NCBI GenBank assembly: GCA_016199525.1
Contig: JACQGL010000048.1
Span: 630 to 64,629, forward strand
DNA: 64,000 nt
Direction: 5' to 3'
From: Armatimonadota bacterium
GTDB lineage: Bacteria > Armatimonadota > SYMT01 > JACQGL01
Position 1 is the first letter of the stretch. Every line of letters begins with the position of its first letter. A program made the position numbers and the translations under genes. The notes below the pieces were generated by a model. That model had not been told where the DNA came from and did not search any database. It worked only from the letters and a program-made list of their open reading frames with translations. Shown piece after piece: positions 37,376-47,107 of this stretch.

Positions 37376-37788
37376 CTCCACTGCGTTCTCCCTGGTCAGA
37401 AGGATCATTTCGAGGTCCCACCCGTCGGGAAAGCCGGATGCCAGACGCCGCCGCATGGCAGTCCGCACCGGCATATTCACCCCCGGGCCGACCGCCCCTT
37501 CCCGGGTCGACGTCGGAACGATCCGGATGCAGGTCTTACCGGCTCGTTTGACCTCTGGGTTAAGCGAGCCATTGCGCTTCGGCACCACCAGACAACTGTT
37601 CCTGAAGGTCGCGCCGTTGTTCCTCCTCCACTCCGCCACAGGCAGGCCTGCTGGCAGCTACCGGGGTGGCAACCGCCAGCCACGCACCCACCATTACCCA
37701 CCGGGTTCGGCGCTCACCGAACTTCACCGCGGTGGAACTGCTTCTCGCCCCAGGGGCCGCTCGTCGCCGCGGGTGTTCGATCGCCGTG

Positions 37789-39819
37789 CTAGTTCTTCCG
37801 GCCCCCTCTGCCCGAGCGACCTGCACCACGGGGAGGCGGAGGCGGCCCAAACAGGGAATTTCGCACCTGCACCGGAGCGCTGAAGACGAAGCCGTTCGGC
37901 CCCGGCGCCAGCCGATCATCCCTGCTGCGTACCCCCACCGCCAGGAAGATGAACTCGTCGGTGCGGAGCTTGCCTCTTAGGGCATCCACACTGGTGAACG
38001 CCTCCTCGTCCGGCCCACCCAGATCGGGCGGCAGAACGTTCTTCGTGGCCGCGATAATCGTGCTGGCTGAGTTGAAATCAACTTCCCGACTCACCGCCAG
38101 AGCGTATTCGTTGCCGCCCGCCACGGTGGTGAAGTCGACCGTAAGATCAGCGAGATCCACATCCGTAGGTGGCACCGTGTTCGTGGGGCTGGTGATCTCC
38201 GGCGCCGGCAGGAAGGTAGCCAACGGCGATGCCGAAGAGAGAGGCCCCATTAGATCCTCGGGATCCGGTGTGCCATCGCCATTCAGGTCCTGCTCGAAAT
38301 GCCACGCCGTGGCCACCTGATAGCGGTACTTCTGGCCCGCGATAAGACCAGGGACATCCTCCACATCCTCACGATCCCCCGCAAGGTTGGTGAAGTCGGG
38401 CGGGCGAAACGCGGTGCCCGGCGTGCCGTTGAAGGCGCCGACCACCGTATGCACCGTGGTTTCGGTGTCATCGAAGCGGTGCAGGCCATCCCCATTCACC
38501 GCGCCCACGACCTGGACGGCCCCCAGACCTCCGGGGTTGGACCGCCAGATAACGTATTGAAGCACCTGCTCGCTGAGAACCTGGCGCGGCCTTTTCCAGG
38601 TGACGCGAATGCCAGTCGGGCTCCCTGGGGCCAGCTGGACCGCCTGTGCTTCGGTGCCGAAGGCAGTAGTCCCGCCCTTCGACCCGCCGCCGAGCGCCAG
38701 CAATCCGACAAGCAGCGCGCCGCCGACGAGCAGCTTGAGGGCGGATTTGCCAATGCCCCCGCCGCCCCCGCCGCCGCTCGCAGGCTCCTCCACCACCACT
38801 GGGGGAGAGCCACCCGGCTGTCCGCTCTGGCTGTTCGCGGCCAGCACAGCTTCGCCCGGATCCTCCTCACTGGCCACCAGTGCCTCGATCTGCCTGCCCC
38901 TGGCGGACAGCCGTACCTTCTCCGGGGGCAGGACATTCGATCCCCGCCGGGACTCTTCACGAGGCGGAGGGAAATCCCGGAAGCTGAAAATGGCGCGTAC
39001 CCTGTCCTCGGGTCGAACGCCGCGGTAGTTCTCTACAATCCGCCCGCTGGTGGTATCAGCGTCCACGCTGGTGGCCCGCACGCGGCCCACCAGCTCACCC
39101 AGGCGCAGGACGATGAACTCCATGCCTCGCCGGACGCCCTGCCGGATGCCCACGTTCATAAAGGCGACTTGCTCGTTCTCACCCACCACGCTGGTATTGA
39201 GGATCGTTCCGGTCGGTAGACGGAACCGATCCATCTGCTCGCGCGCCCGGAAGGCCGCCCGTGCCAGCGCTTCCTCGAGGAGCACATCCGCGTCTCCCGT
39301 GAAGCCCACGCGCGGCTGACTTTGTCCGAGGCCGACGGCGCCATTCATCAGCACGCCGTTCCGGACGTCCTCGACCACTACCCGAAGGCGGACGAACGCT
39401 TGCGCAGGGTTCGCGGTCACCCGCGCCTCTTCGATGGTCCCGTACACTACCCCGATGGCGCTGAGGCCAGCGGCAATCTGCGAGCGGGCCACCCGGTCAA
39501 ACGGGGGTCGGATCCCCAGTGCCTGGATCCGGCCATGCACTTGGTCGTCCGAGACAACCTCCCAGTTTCCAGAATCGAGCAGCGCCAGGGCCACCTGCGC
39601 GCTGGCCGTGCGTCCCAACAACGTACCGCCCAGCGGCGTGTTGTTGTTGAAGTCGAGCATGTAGACACGCGGCGTGGCAAGCGCCGAAACGATGTCGGCG
39701 GGACCGGCCTGGGCCTCGGCCCTCCGGATGCCAATCCCGGCGAAGGTGGAGAGAGTCATAGCCAGGACCAGGAGCCGCGCCACCCAGCGGCTCGCACGGT
39801 GATGGCGGATGCGCTTCAC
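37789..39819 (-). CDS. Multidomain envelope protein: signal/anchor, LpoB/CsgG-like domain, small beta-barrel domain, Gly-rich segment, TM helix, Fn3-like C-terminal region
   Basis: Start re-set to GTG 39819 (GGAGGA 6 nt upstream): VKRIRHHRASRWVARLLVLAMTLSTFAGIGI. It contains ..VYMLDFNNNTP..LLDSGNWEVV..AIGVVYGTIEE.., then GGGGGGGIGKSALKLLVGGALLVGLLALGGG, then ..IRVTWKRP..VLQYVIWRS.. Confidence 0.7.
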   Translation of the reverse strand: MKRIRHHRASRWVARLLVLAMTLSTFAGIGIRRAEAQAGPADIVSALATPRVYMLDFNNNTPLGGTLLGRTASAQVALALLDSGNWEVVSDDQVHGRIQALGIRPPFDRVARSQIAAGLSAIGVVYGTIEEARVTANPAQAFVRLRVVVEDVRNGVLMNGAVGLGQSQPRVGFTGDADVLLEEALARAAFRAREQMDRFRLPTGTILNTSVVGENEQVAFMNVGIRQGVRRGMEFIVLRLGELVGRVRATSVDADTTSGRIVENYRGVRPEDRVRAIFSFRDFPPPREESRRGSNVLPPEKVRLSARGRQIEALVASEEDPGEAVLAANSQSGQPGGSPPVVVEEPASGGGGGGGIGKSALKLLVGGALLVGLLALGGGSKGGTTAFGTEAQAVQLAPGSPTGIRVTWKRPRQVLSEQVLQYVIWRSNPGGLGAVQVVGAVNGDGLHRFDDTETTVHTVVGAFNGTPGTAFRPPDFTNLAGDREDVEDVPGLIAGQKYRYQVATAWHFEQDLNGDGTPDPEDLMGPLSSASPLATFLPAPEITSPTNTVPPTDVDLADLTVDFTTVAGGNEYALAVSREVDFNSASTIIAATKNVLPPDLGGPDEEAFTSVDALRGKLRTDEFIFLAVGVRSRDDRLAPGPNGFVFSAPVQVRNSLFGPPPPPRGAGRSGRGGRKN

Positions 39820-40029
39820 GATAGGTCCTCCGTCTCGAAAGCGATGGGGAATACGGGCTAGACACGTTCGTCCGACGCGGGCGCTGTCCCCGCGAGGCCG
39901 CATATGCGGCGGAATCGTGCCGCCCGCCTGAAAGGTACGAGCACAGCGCCCTGGCCTCGCATCGTTTAAGGGTCAGGTTATCGAGTATCGTCTCTCGCCG
40001 ACCATTCAGGCGCCGGGACGCCTTGCTGG

Positions 40030-40284
40030 TCAGGCATCCCGTGGCCGGATTTGCCGGCCCACGGGCAGGAGATGATTCTGGATCATCTGAACAGCCGCCT
40101 GGCCGTGGAGCAAGCCAACCGCGCCGGCCTTCGGAGCCGCGGAGACAAACGGCCCCGATGCGCTCTCCAGGTATGGCAGCCACCGGCTCCAAGTCGCCTG
40201 CCACCGGTCCAGATCCGGCAGCAACTGGTACGCGCCTCCTCCAAACGACGCCAGTCCCGCGCGCTCGATCGCCAGGGCAATCAC
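40030..40284 (-). CDS. Hypothetical small ORF (84 aa), weak
   Basis: The only ORF with non-degenerate composition in the 675-nt gap between coaE and the envelope cluster. No SD or motif identified. Confidence 0.2.
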   Translation of the reverse strand: MIALAIERAGLASFGGGAYQLLPDLDRWQATWSRWLPYLESASGPFVSAAPKAGAVGLLHGQAAVQMIQNHLLPVGRQIRPRDA

Positions 40285-40494
40285 GCGTGGATCCAGGGCC
40301 CAGTCCGACTAGAACTCCAGGGAAGACACTACTCCCCCGGCGAAACTCCCGGTTTCAATTCCCGATCCCCTTGAACCAGGGACCACTTGCTTCAGAGTGA
40401 CGGAAGCCTCCCTGCGGGTTGATCGAGGATGATGCCTTGATAAGGAAAGGCGTCTTCCCCCATGTTGGAAGGGCTTGCTAGGATTTCCTCCTCG

Positions 40495-41265
40495 CTAGGA
40501 AGAGGAAGATTGATTCTGCGCGTTCCGTACTCCGGAACACTCGCCGGGAACTGGCTCGCTGGATCTGTTGCCGCGGCGTCGAGCGGGCGGCATATCCAGA
40601 CCGGGGGAGCACCTGGCCCGTCGCTCGGTTTCGATTTCCTGCCAGATCTTCTCCACCTGGCGGCGGATCTCCGGTAGGGCGGCGTCCGTCCAAAGAACCC
40701 AGCGCGCCTGCGGGCGGCTTGCTGGGGCGCCCTGGCCCCTTATCCGTGCCCACGCTTCGGCACGGGAGAGACCATTTCTCTCGATTAGACGCGCAGCACG
40801 CGTGCTTTGTTTTGCATCTACCAGGAGTACGCCTTCTACCTGCCGGTTCCAGCCCGCCTCGAACAGCACTGCCGCTTCCAGGACCACGACTCCTTGTTCT
40901 TTTAGTCTCTCACGGGCCGCGCTGATTTCGGCTGCCAGGCGTCGCGTCATCCGCGGATGCAGAATGGCGTTCAGGCGCCGGCGCGCGTCCGGCTCACGAA
41001 AGATGCGCCGCGCCAGCGCCTCCCGATCCAGCTCCCCATCCGCCTGCAAGATGCCCGGCCCGAACTCGGCGATCACCTCCCCGAGGCCAGGCTCCCCGGG
41101 TTGGACCGCCTGCCGGCCCACCTCGTCGGCGTCAAGCACCACCGCCCCCCGCTCGGCGAACATCCGCGCCACGGTGCTCTTGCCAGAAGCGATGGGGCCG
41201 GTGATGCCCAGAACGAAGACACAAGCGCCTGGGTCTCGTTTCCCCTTCTGCCTGTTTGCCGCCAT
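40495..41265 (-). CDS. coaE: Dephospho-CoA kinase with a C-terminal extension
   Basis: VFVLGITGPIASGKSTVARMF..VLDADEVGRQ.. P-loop and CoaE layout, with about 50 extra C-terminal residues. Confidence 0.85.
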   Translation of the reverse strand: MAANRQKGKRDPGACVFVLGITGPIASGKSTVARMFAERGAVVLDADEVGRQAVQPGEPGLGEVIAEFGPGILQADGELDREALARRIFREPDARRRLNAILHPRMTRRLAAEISAARERLKEQGVVVLEAAVLFEAGWNRQVEGVLLVDAKQSTRAARLIERNGLSRAEAWARIRGQGAPASRPQARWVLWTDAALPEIRRQVEKIWQEIETERRARCSPGLDMPPARRRGNRSSEPVPGECSGVRNAQNQSSSS

Positions 41266-41334
41266 CGAAGGCGGTTCCTCCGGCGAATCAAGCGGACGCC
41301 CGTCACCAACTCAACCAGACGACCTTTCGGTAAC

Positions 41335-41368
41335 AAAAAAGGTGAAAGTGCCTCGCGGGACTTCCACC
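41335..41368 (-). terminator. Rho-independent terminator downstream of rpsA
   Basis: On the minus strand, GGTGGAAGT-(10 nt loop)-ACTTTCACC forms a 9 bp stem including one G-U pair. It is followed by TTTTTTGTT. It lies about 50 nt after the rpsA stop. Confidence 0.65.
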
Positions 41369-41418
41369 TTCTTCGCCCTTCCCTGGGGAAGGTCCTGTTC
41401 ATGAGGAGGAAGAGAATG

Positions 41419-42759
41419 TTACCCCTCCTCTTCCTCCTCACCGGCCTCATTTTCTTCCACCAGGTGCCCGTAGCGGTCCCCAATGGTGACGCGGTCGGCG
41501 TCACGGCCATACCGTTCCTCGCCGCCTTCGGCGCCAACCACCTGGCGGAGGCTAAGCGTGATACGGCGCTCCTCGGGGCGCACATCCAGCACCCGCACCT
41601 CCACGTGGTCTCCCACCTGGACGACGTCCTCGGGCTTGCTGATTCGCTGGGAGGAGAGCTCGTTATTGGGGATGATTCCCTCTACTCCCCCATCCAGCTG
41701 CACGAAGGCGCCGAACGGAACCAGCCGCGTCACCGCCCCATGCACCACGTCACCGGGCTGGTAGCGCTCCTGAACCTCTGTCCACGGATCCGGTAGAATC
41801 TGGCGCAGGCCGAGGGAGATTCGCCCCTGCTCCAGGTTGGTCTTCAGCACCATCACCTGGATTTCATCGCTCACCTTAAGGACCTCGGAGGGATGCTTGA
41901 TGCGCGTCCAGGACATCTCACTGATGTGCAGAAGCCCGTCCACGCCCCCAATGTCCACGAAGGCGCCGTACTCGGTGATCCGTCGGACCACCCCGTTGCG
42001 CACCTGGCCTTCGGCCAGGCCGGCGAGGGTCTCCTGTCGCTGCGCCTCGCGCTCCTCCTCCGTTGCCAACCGGTGGGAGAGCACCACCTTCCGGCGATCC
42101 CGATCCACCTCAATAACTTTGAGGGGAAGCGGCTGCCCGATGTACTTCTCCAGGTTACGAATCTTGCCCGTTCCCACGTGCGAGGCAGGCACGAAGCCGC
42201 GGATGCCCAGATCCACCACCAGGCCGCCCTTCACCCGATCCGATACGTTGGCAATAATCGTCCGGCCTGCCTGGTAGGCCTCGATGACGCGATCCCAGGC
42301 CTTCTCGAAGTCGGCCCGCTTCTTGGACAGGATGAGCTGGCCATCCTCGTCGTCGGTGTTCAGCACCAGCACGTCCACTCGGTCCCCTACCTTCAGCATC
42401 TCGGAGGCCGAGCGGTGCGAATCGCGGGATAGCTCATTCGGGGGAATGATTCCCTCCGACTTCATCCCAACATCAACCAGCACGCCTTCGCGGTCGATGT
42501 GCACCACGGTGCCAGCCACAACTTCCCCCTCCCGCAGAGGGCGGAATGTCTCCTCGTAGTCGATCGGTCGGGCTTCCAACTCCAGTTCGGTGGGCACCTC
42601 GCCACCGGATTCGATCACCCGGCCAAATCGAACCGACCGAGCGCGGCCCCCGTTAGTGGGCACCGCCGCGCTCACGGGAGGAACCTGGGGAGCGGCGTCG
42701 GCACGCGAGGCCAGCGTCCCCGCGGCGACTCCGGTCTCTTCGGTTCGCTCATGGGTCAT
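41419..42759 (-). CDS. rpsA: 30S ribosomal protein S1
   Basis: Four or more S1 repeats (..GEVVAGTVVHIDREGVLVDVG.., ..GLVVDLGIRGFVPASHV.., ..GVVRRITEYGAFVDIGGVDGLLHISE.., ..VHGAVTRLVPFGAFVQL..). Start ATG 42759 is preferred over the TTG at 42879. Confidence 0.85.
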   Translation of the reverse strand: MTHERTEETGVAAGTLASRADAAPQVPPVSAAVPTNGGRARSVRFGRVIESGGEVPTELELEARPIDYEETFRPLREGEVVAGTVVHIDREGVLVDVGMKSEGIIPPNELSRDSHRSASEMLKVGDRVDVLVLNTDDEDGQLILSKKRADFEKAWDRVIEAYQAGRTIIANVSDRVKGGLVVDLGIRGFVPASHVGTGKIRNLEKYIGQPLPLKVIEVDRDRRKVVLSHRLATEEEREAQRQETLAGLAEGQVRNGVVRRITEYGAFVDIGGVDGLLHISEMSWTRIKHPSEVLKVSDEIQVMVLKTNLEQGRISLGLRQILPDPWTEVQERYQPGDVVHGAVTRLVPFGAFVQLDGGVEGIIPNNELSSQRISKPEDVVQVGDHVEVRVLDVRPEERRITLSLRQVVGAEGGEERYGRDADRVTIGDRYGHLVEENEAGEEEEEG

Positions 42760-42886
42760 AACGTTCTGGACTCCTCTCGCACGCCCGTTCGGTACGGGCG
42801 GCGTTGCGGGATCTGCTCCCGCGGGCGATAAAACGGCGCTTCCCGCCAGGCCGATGGAGCCCGCGAAAGGCGCCGTCAAGCGTCCT

Positions 42887-42895
42887 ATTCTACCA
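42887..42895 (-). promoter_or_regulatory. Candidate extended -10 promoter (TGGTAGAAT) for rpsA
   Basis: Read on the minus strand, in the 73-nt gap after the polA stop. Resemblance only. Confidence 0.3.
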
Positions 42896-42952
42896 CACTG
42901 CGCGCCAAAAATCTGCCCCTTTCAATTGCTAGGGCGGGGGATGGATTCGCAA

Positions 42953-45646
42953 TCAGGCAACAGGCTCCATCTCCAGCCAGTTCGGCCCCACGCGCACATC
43001 CACATCCAGGGGAACATCCAGGTCCCGCGCGCCCGCCATCGCGGCGTGGACGAGCGGTACGAGCCTCGCTTCCTCTGCCGGAGGGTATTCCAGCAGCAGC
43101 TCATCATGCACCTGGAGGATCATCCGCGCCCCCAGTCCGGCAGCGCGCAGCTGCCGATCCACACTCAGCATCGCTGCCTTGATGATGTCCGCCGCCGTCC
43201 CCTGGATCGGCGCGTTGACGGCGGCCCGTTCGGCGAACGCCCGCTCGGTGCGGTTGCCGGATCTTATCCCCGGGATATATCGCCGGCGGTTGTACGGGGG
43301 CAGAGTAGTCACGTATCCCTGCAGGCGCGCCAGGCGGATCGTTTCTTCCGTATACCGCCGCACGCCCGGGAACCGGAGGAAGTAGGCTTCGATCAGCTCC
43401 TGGGCCTGCTTCACCGGAATCCCCAGCTCGCGGGAGAGGCCGTAGTTACTCATCCCGTAGATAACGGCGAAGTTCAACGTCTTGCCCCGGCGGCGGAGCT
43501 CCGGCGTCACCTGGTCTGGGGGAATGTCGAACATCCGCGCCGCAGTGGCTGCGTGAACGTCTTCCCCCTCACGAAACGCGCGCACCAGCTCCGGATCCCC
43601 CGTTACGTGCGCCAGGATGCGCAGCTCGATCTGCGAGTAGTCAGCGGAAAGGAGCTTCATTCCGGGAGCGGCAACGAACGCTCGCCGGATCTCGCGGCCT
43701 GATTCCGTACGGATCGGAATATTCTGCAGGTTCGGGTCCGCACTGGAGAGCCGTCCGGTGGCCGCCACCGTCTGATGGAAGGTCGTGTGAATGCGGCCGT
43801 CGCGGGGATGGATCAGGTTCGCGAGGGCGTCGGCGTAGGTGCTTTTCAGCTTGGTCAGCTCGCGGTACTCCAGGATCAACGCGGGCAGGGGATGCTCGGC
43901 GGCCAGCTCTTCCAGCACTTCGACGCTGGTGGATAGGCCCGTCTTCGTCTTTCGCCCGCTGCGCAGGCCCATCTCGGTGAACAGCACTTCCTGCAGCTGC
44001 TTGGGCGAGCCGATGTTGAATTCGCGTCCGGCCAGACGGTGGATTTCCGCCTGCACGCGGGCAATGCGTTGGGCAAGAAGCGCGGAGAGCTCGTTGAGCA
44101 CGCCCACATCCACGGCGACACCCACGCGCTCCATTTCCGCCAGGATGGGCACGAGCGGCAGCTCCAGCTCGTGGTAGAGGCGTTCCAGCCCGTCCTCCAC
44201 TAGGCGGCGCTCCAACGGCGGCCAGAGGCGAAGCGAAGCCGCCGCCTCCTGACCCAGCCGCTCCCAGCCGTTCGCCGCCGCTTCGAGGGAGAGGCCCAGG
44301 TACTCCCGGGCCAGGTCTTCAATCCGGTAGGAAGACCGGCCGGGGTTGATCACATAGGCCGCCAGCTCCGCATCAAAGCCGGGCCTGGGGAGCGTTACCC
44401 CGGATTCACGCAGGCAGTGGATTTCGCCCTTGAGGTGATGGCCACCCACAGCCACCCGCGGGTTCTGGAGCAGGCTTTTTAGCCCTTCGGGCAGCTCCCA
44501 GGGGTCGGCGGCAGCGGCCAGCAGACCTGGCTCGGGAAGCTCTCCCAGGCAAACCGCCTCCGGCTCGCCCGCCGTGGCCAGCGCCGCTGCCACCGGCTGG
44601 CAATCAAAGGTGGCCTGGTGCGCCGGCCGCGCCCGTACCGCCACGCGACCCGCCTGCACGGCGCGCGCCACGAACCGGTCCAGCTCCGGCCCCGGCGCCA
44701 GCCGCACGCAGCGGGGAGGCTCGCTGGCGCGGGGGGGCCCCTCCCCCACCCCTCCGGGGGCGGCCGGTGTTCCCTCCGGCTCTGCCAGCAGCCGCCGTCC
44801 CAGCGTGCGAAACTGGAGCTGTTCGAATAGCGCGCGCGCCCGCGAGCGGTCCGGGCCCTGGTAGTGGCACTCCACCAGGTCCCGGGGGATGGGCAGGTCG
44901 GTCACGATGGTGGTCAGGGCGCGGTACATCCGCGCATCCTGCGTGTGCTTCTCCAGCGCCTCTCGAACGCGCGGCGGTGAGACCGCGTGCGCGTGCTCGA
45001 GCAAACTCTCCAGGTTCCCGTAACGCGCGAGCAGAGCGGACGCCGTCTTATCCCCGATACCGGGGATACCGGGGATGTTGTCGGAAGGATCCCCTTTGAG
45101 CGCCTTGAAATCGGGCAGCTGCTCCGGGGCAAGACCAAACCGCTGCCGCACTGCCGCCTCGTCGTAGAGGACGACGTCGGTGATCCCGCGGCGCATCGCC
45201 ATAACACGGGTGCGCTCGTCCACCAGCTGCAGCGCGTCCAGATCCCCGGTGACGATCAACACTTCGTAGCCGGCCTCCTTCCCCCGGCGAGCCAGAGTGC
45301 CGATCACGTCATCCGCCTCGTAGCCTCGCACCTCCACCGCGGGGATGCGCAGCACCTCCGCCGCCTCCCGCGCCAGAGGAGCCTGCACCGCCAGGTCGTC
45401 GGGGGTTGTGGGACGGTGGGCCTTATAGTCGCGGTACCCCTCGTGGCGGAAGGTACGACCAGACTCCCAGGCCACCAGGATGCAGTCGGGCCGCTCCTCC
45501 TCCAGCAGTCGCACCACCATCATGGCGAACCCATAGACGGCGTTGGTCGGCACGCCGGCAGTGGTGGCCAGCTCGGCGGGAAGCGCGAAGAAGGCGCGGT
45601 AGAGCAGGCTGTTGCCGTCGATGAGGACGAGCTTCTTGTCGGGCAC
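42953..45646 (-). CDS. polA: DNA polymerase I
   Basis: 897 aa with a GTG start (GGAGG upstream). 5'-3' exonuclease N-terminus (LIDGNSLLYRAFFAL), polymerase motifs ..LLSADYSQIELRILAH.., ..RRRGKTLNFAVIYG.., ..QVHDELLLE.. Confidence 0.95.
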   Translation of the reverse strand: MPDKKLVLIDGNSLLYRAFFALPAELATTAGVPTNAVYGFAMMVVRLLEEERPDCILVAWESGRTFRHEGYRDYKAHRPTTPDDLAVQAPLAREAAEVLRIPAVEVRGYEADDVIGTLARRGKEAGYEVLIVTGDLDALQLVDERTRVMAMRRGITDVVLYDEAAVRQRFGLAPEQLPDFKALKGDPSDNIPGIPGIGDKTASALLARYGNLESLLEHAHAVSPPRVREALEKHTQDARMYRALTTIVTDLPIPRDLVECHYQGPDRSRARALFEQLQFRTLGRRLLAEPEGTPAAPGGVGEGPPRASEPPRCVRLAPGPELDRFVARAVQAGRVAVRARPAHQATFDCQPVAAALATAGEPEAVCLGELPEPGLLAAAADPWELPEGLKSLLQNPRVAVGGHHLKGEIHCLRESGVTLPRPGFDAELAAYVINPGRSSYRIEDLAREYLGLSLEAAANGWERLGQEAAASLRLWPPLERRLVEDGLERLYHELELPLVPILAEMERVGVAVDVGVLNELSALLAQRIARVQAEIHRLAGREFNIGSPKQLQEVLFTEMGLRSGRKTKTGLSTSVEVLEELAAEHPLPALILEYRELTKLKSTYADALANLIHPRDGRIHTTFHQTVAATGRLSSADPNLQNIPIRTESGREIRRAFVAAPGMKLLSADYSQIELRILAHVTGDPELVRAFREGEDVHAATAARMFDIPPDQVTPELRRRGKTLNFAVIYGMSNYGLSRELGIPVKQAQELIEAYFLRFPGVRRYTEETIRLARLQGYVTTLPPYNRRRYIPGIRSGNRTERAFAERAAVNAPIQGTAADIIKAAMLSVDRQLRAAGLGARMILQVHDELLLEYPPAEEARLVPLVHAAMAGARDLDVPLDVDVRVGPNWLEMEPVA

Positions 45647-46100
45647 GGGAGACCTCCGCGGTGGGTGGGAAGTACACTACGGGGACACGGGAATGGCGAG
45701 ACCCGCGCATCCCGGTCCCATTGTAGCACCTCGCTTCTCCGTCCGCGAGACGCCACTCTCTCGGGCTGTGCCCCCGATGTGCGAGTGCCTGCGTCGACAA
45801 GGGCGTTCCCCCAGGGATCGAACCGTCAGACCCTACACCGCCGCGCGCTCCTCGAATATGGACTTCCCGACCGCGTGAATGCCGGGGCCCGCGCCGCAGG
45901 CTCCGGCATCCACGAGTATCCTACTGCCCTCATGTACATCACCCGAGATCCGCTTCCACGCCCGCGGACTCGCAAGCCGCCTCGGGACGATCGCCGCAAC
46001 GGACACTTCTCCCGCACGACGTCCCCCCGATTCCAACGCAACAGTAGGGGCGCTGGCAGAGGGTACGATCTCTCGCCCCAGCACAGGTACCGATTCGCTC

Positions 46101-46850
46101 CTACGGCCCGGAGGATAACTCGCCGGCGCTCCAGGAGGAGATGGTGGTGGCGGACCTCCAGGATCCGCCGCTGATCGAGGAGACGGCGCCGCTGGCTGAA
46201 TGAGCCAACCCGCCGCTGATCGAAGAGCAGTAGCCGCTGGCCGTGTTGCATTGCCCGCCGCTGATCGAGGCAAACGGGCCGCTGGCCGTGTTGAATTCCC
46301 CGCCGGTGACCGAAGCAGAGGGACCACTAATCGTGTGGGCACTGCCAGCCACCAGGCCGCCGTAGCTGGAGAACCTGTGGAAGCTCCCGACGACGATGTT
46401 GTGGGAACCGGAGCGGTCGTCGTGGCCGTAGCCGCGCGCCTCGTTGTAGCCCACGATCAGGTTACCGAGGCCGTTCGTCTTGGTGACCCCGGGGTTGGGG
46501 TTCCACGGCTCGGCAGGGTTGCCATTGGTGGCGCCTAGCCCATTGCGGATATGGAGGTTGGCGCCGGTGAGAAAGATATCATTACCCTCACGGGAGAAAG
46601 GCGCGAGCTTGAACTCGAGCGCCGTGATCTTCGCCTCCAGAGCGGCTACTTTCTCGGCGAGCGACGGTGGCGGCTGCCCCTCTTGCGCGGTGCCTGCCTT
46701 CAGCGGCAGGATCAGCAGACCCAGCGCGGCCAGGACACACGCCACGCCCTGCCACAGGCGCAGCCGGCGCTGGACGGATTTTCTCTGGCTCTGCAGTTCG
46801 TTGACGACGCCTTCCAGCGCCTGGATGCGGTCGCGGATGCTTTCCATCAC
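46101..46850 (-). CDS. Membrane-anchored coiled-coil protein with Hep_Hag-like (GGxxNxASG) repeats
   Basis: 249 aa. N-terminal coiled coil, TM helix GVACVLAALGLLILPL, second coiled coil LAEKVAALEAKITALEFKL. Then NLIVGYNE..GSHNIVVG..SVTGGEFNTASGPFASISGGQCNTASGYCSSISGGLAHSASGAVSSISGG. Confidence 0.6.
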   Translation of the reverse strand: MMESIRDRIQALEGVVNELQSQRKSVQRRLRLWQGVACVLAALGLLILPLKAGTAQEGQPPPSLAEKVAALEAKITALEFKLAPFSREGNDIFLTGANLHIRNGLGATNGNPAEPWNPNPGVTKTNGLGNLIVGYNEARGYGHDDRSGSHNIVVGSFHRFSSYGGLVAGSAHTISGPSASVTGGEFNTASGPFASISGGQCNTASGYCSSISGGLAHSASGAVSSISGGSWRSATTISSWSAGELSSGP

Positions 46851-47107
46851 AGTCCCCTCTTCATCGACTATGGCCCCGCAGCGAGCCGGGGGCGAGCATA
46901 CTGTATGATCCGTTCGACCCAGGCAACCGGATTCCTACCAGGATTGCCAGGCAAGCAAAGCGCCGGCAGAACGGTAGACACGATCATCCATCTGCCGGCG
47001 CCGAGACCTTTCCGGCCCTGGGGACTGGTCTGGTGCTGAAGTGAAGGCCGGAGGCGATGAAGCCCCCGGCCTGCTTCGGATTCGATGGCAGCCATTCCCC
47101 CTACAAC

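Noticed and set aside
37477-37701. Cys-rich 74-aa minus-strand ORF (GNGGCVAGGCHPGSCQQAC..), considered as a possible RiPP precursor
   Set aside because: It has no SD and no adjacent modification enzymes. The remainder is Arg/Gly-rich in the manner of off-frame translation, and it overlaps the alternative small signal-peptide ORF.
45805-45835. tRNA-like T-loop string (GGTTCGATCC on the minus strand) in the polA upstream region
   Set aside because: The flanking bases cannot form a T-stem (GACGG versus CCTGG). No acceptor or anticodon arms could be drawn.
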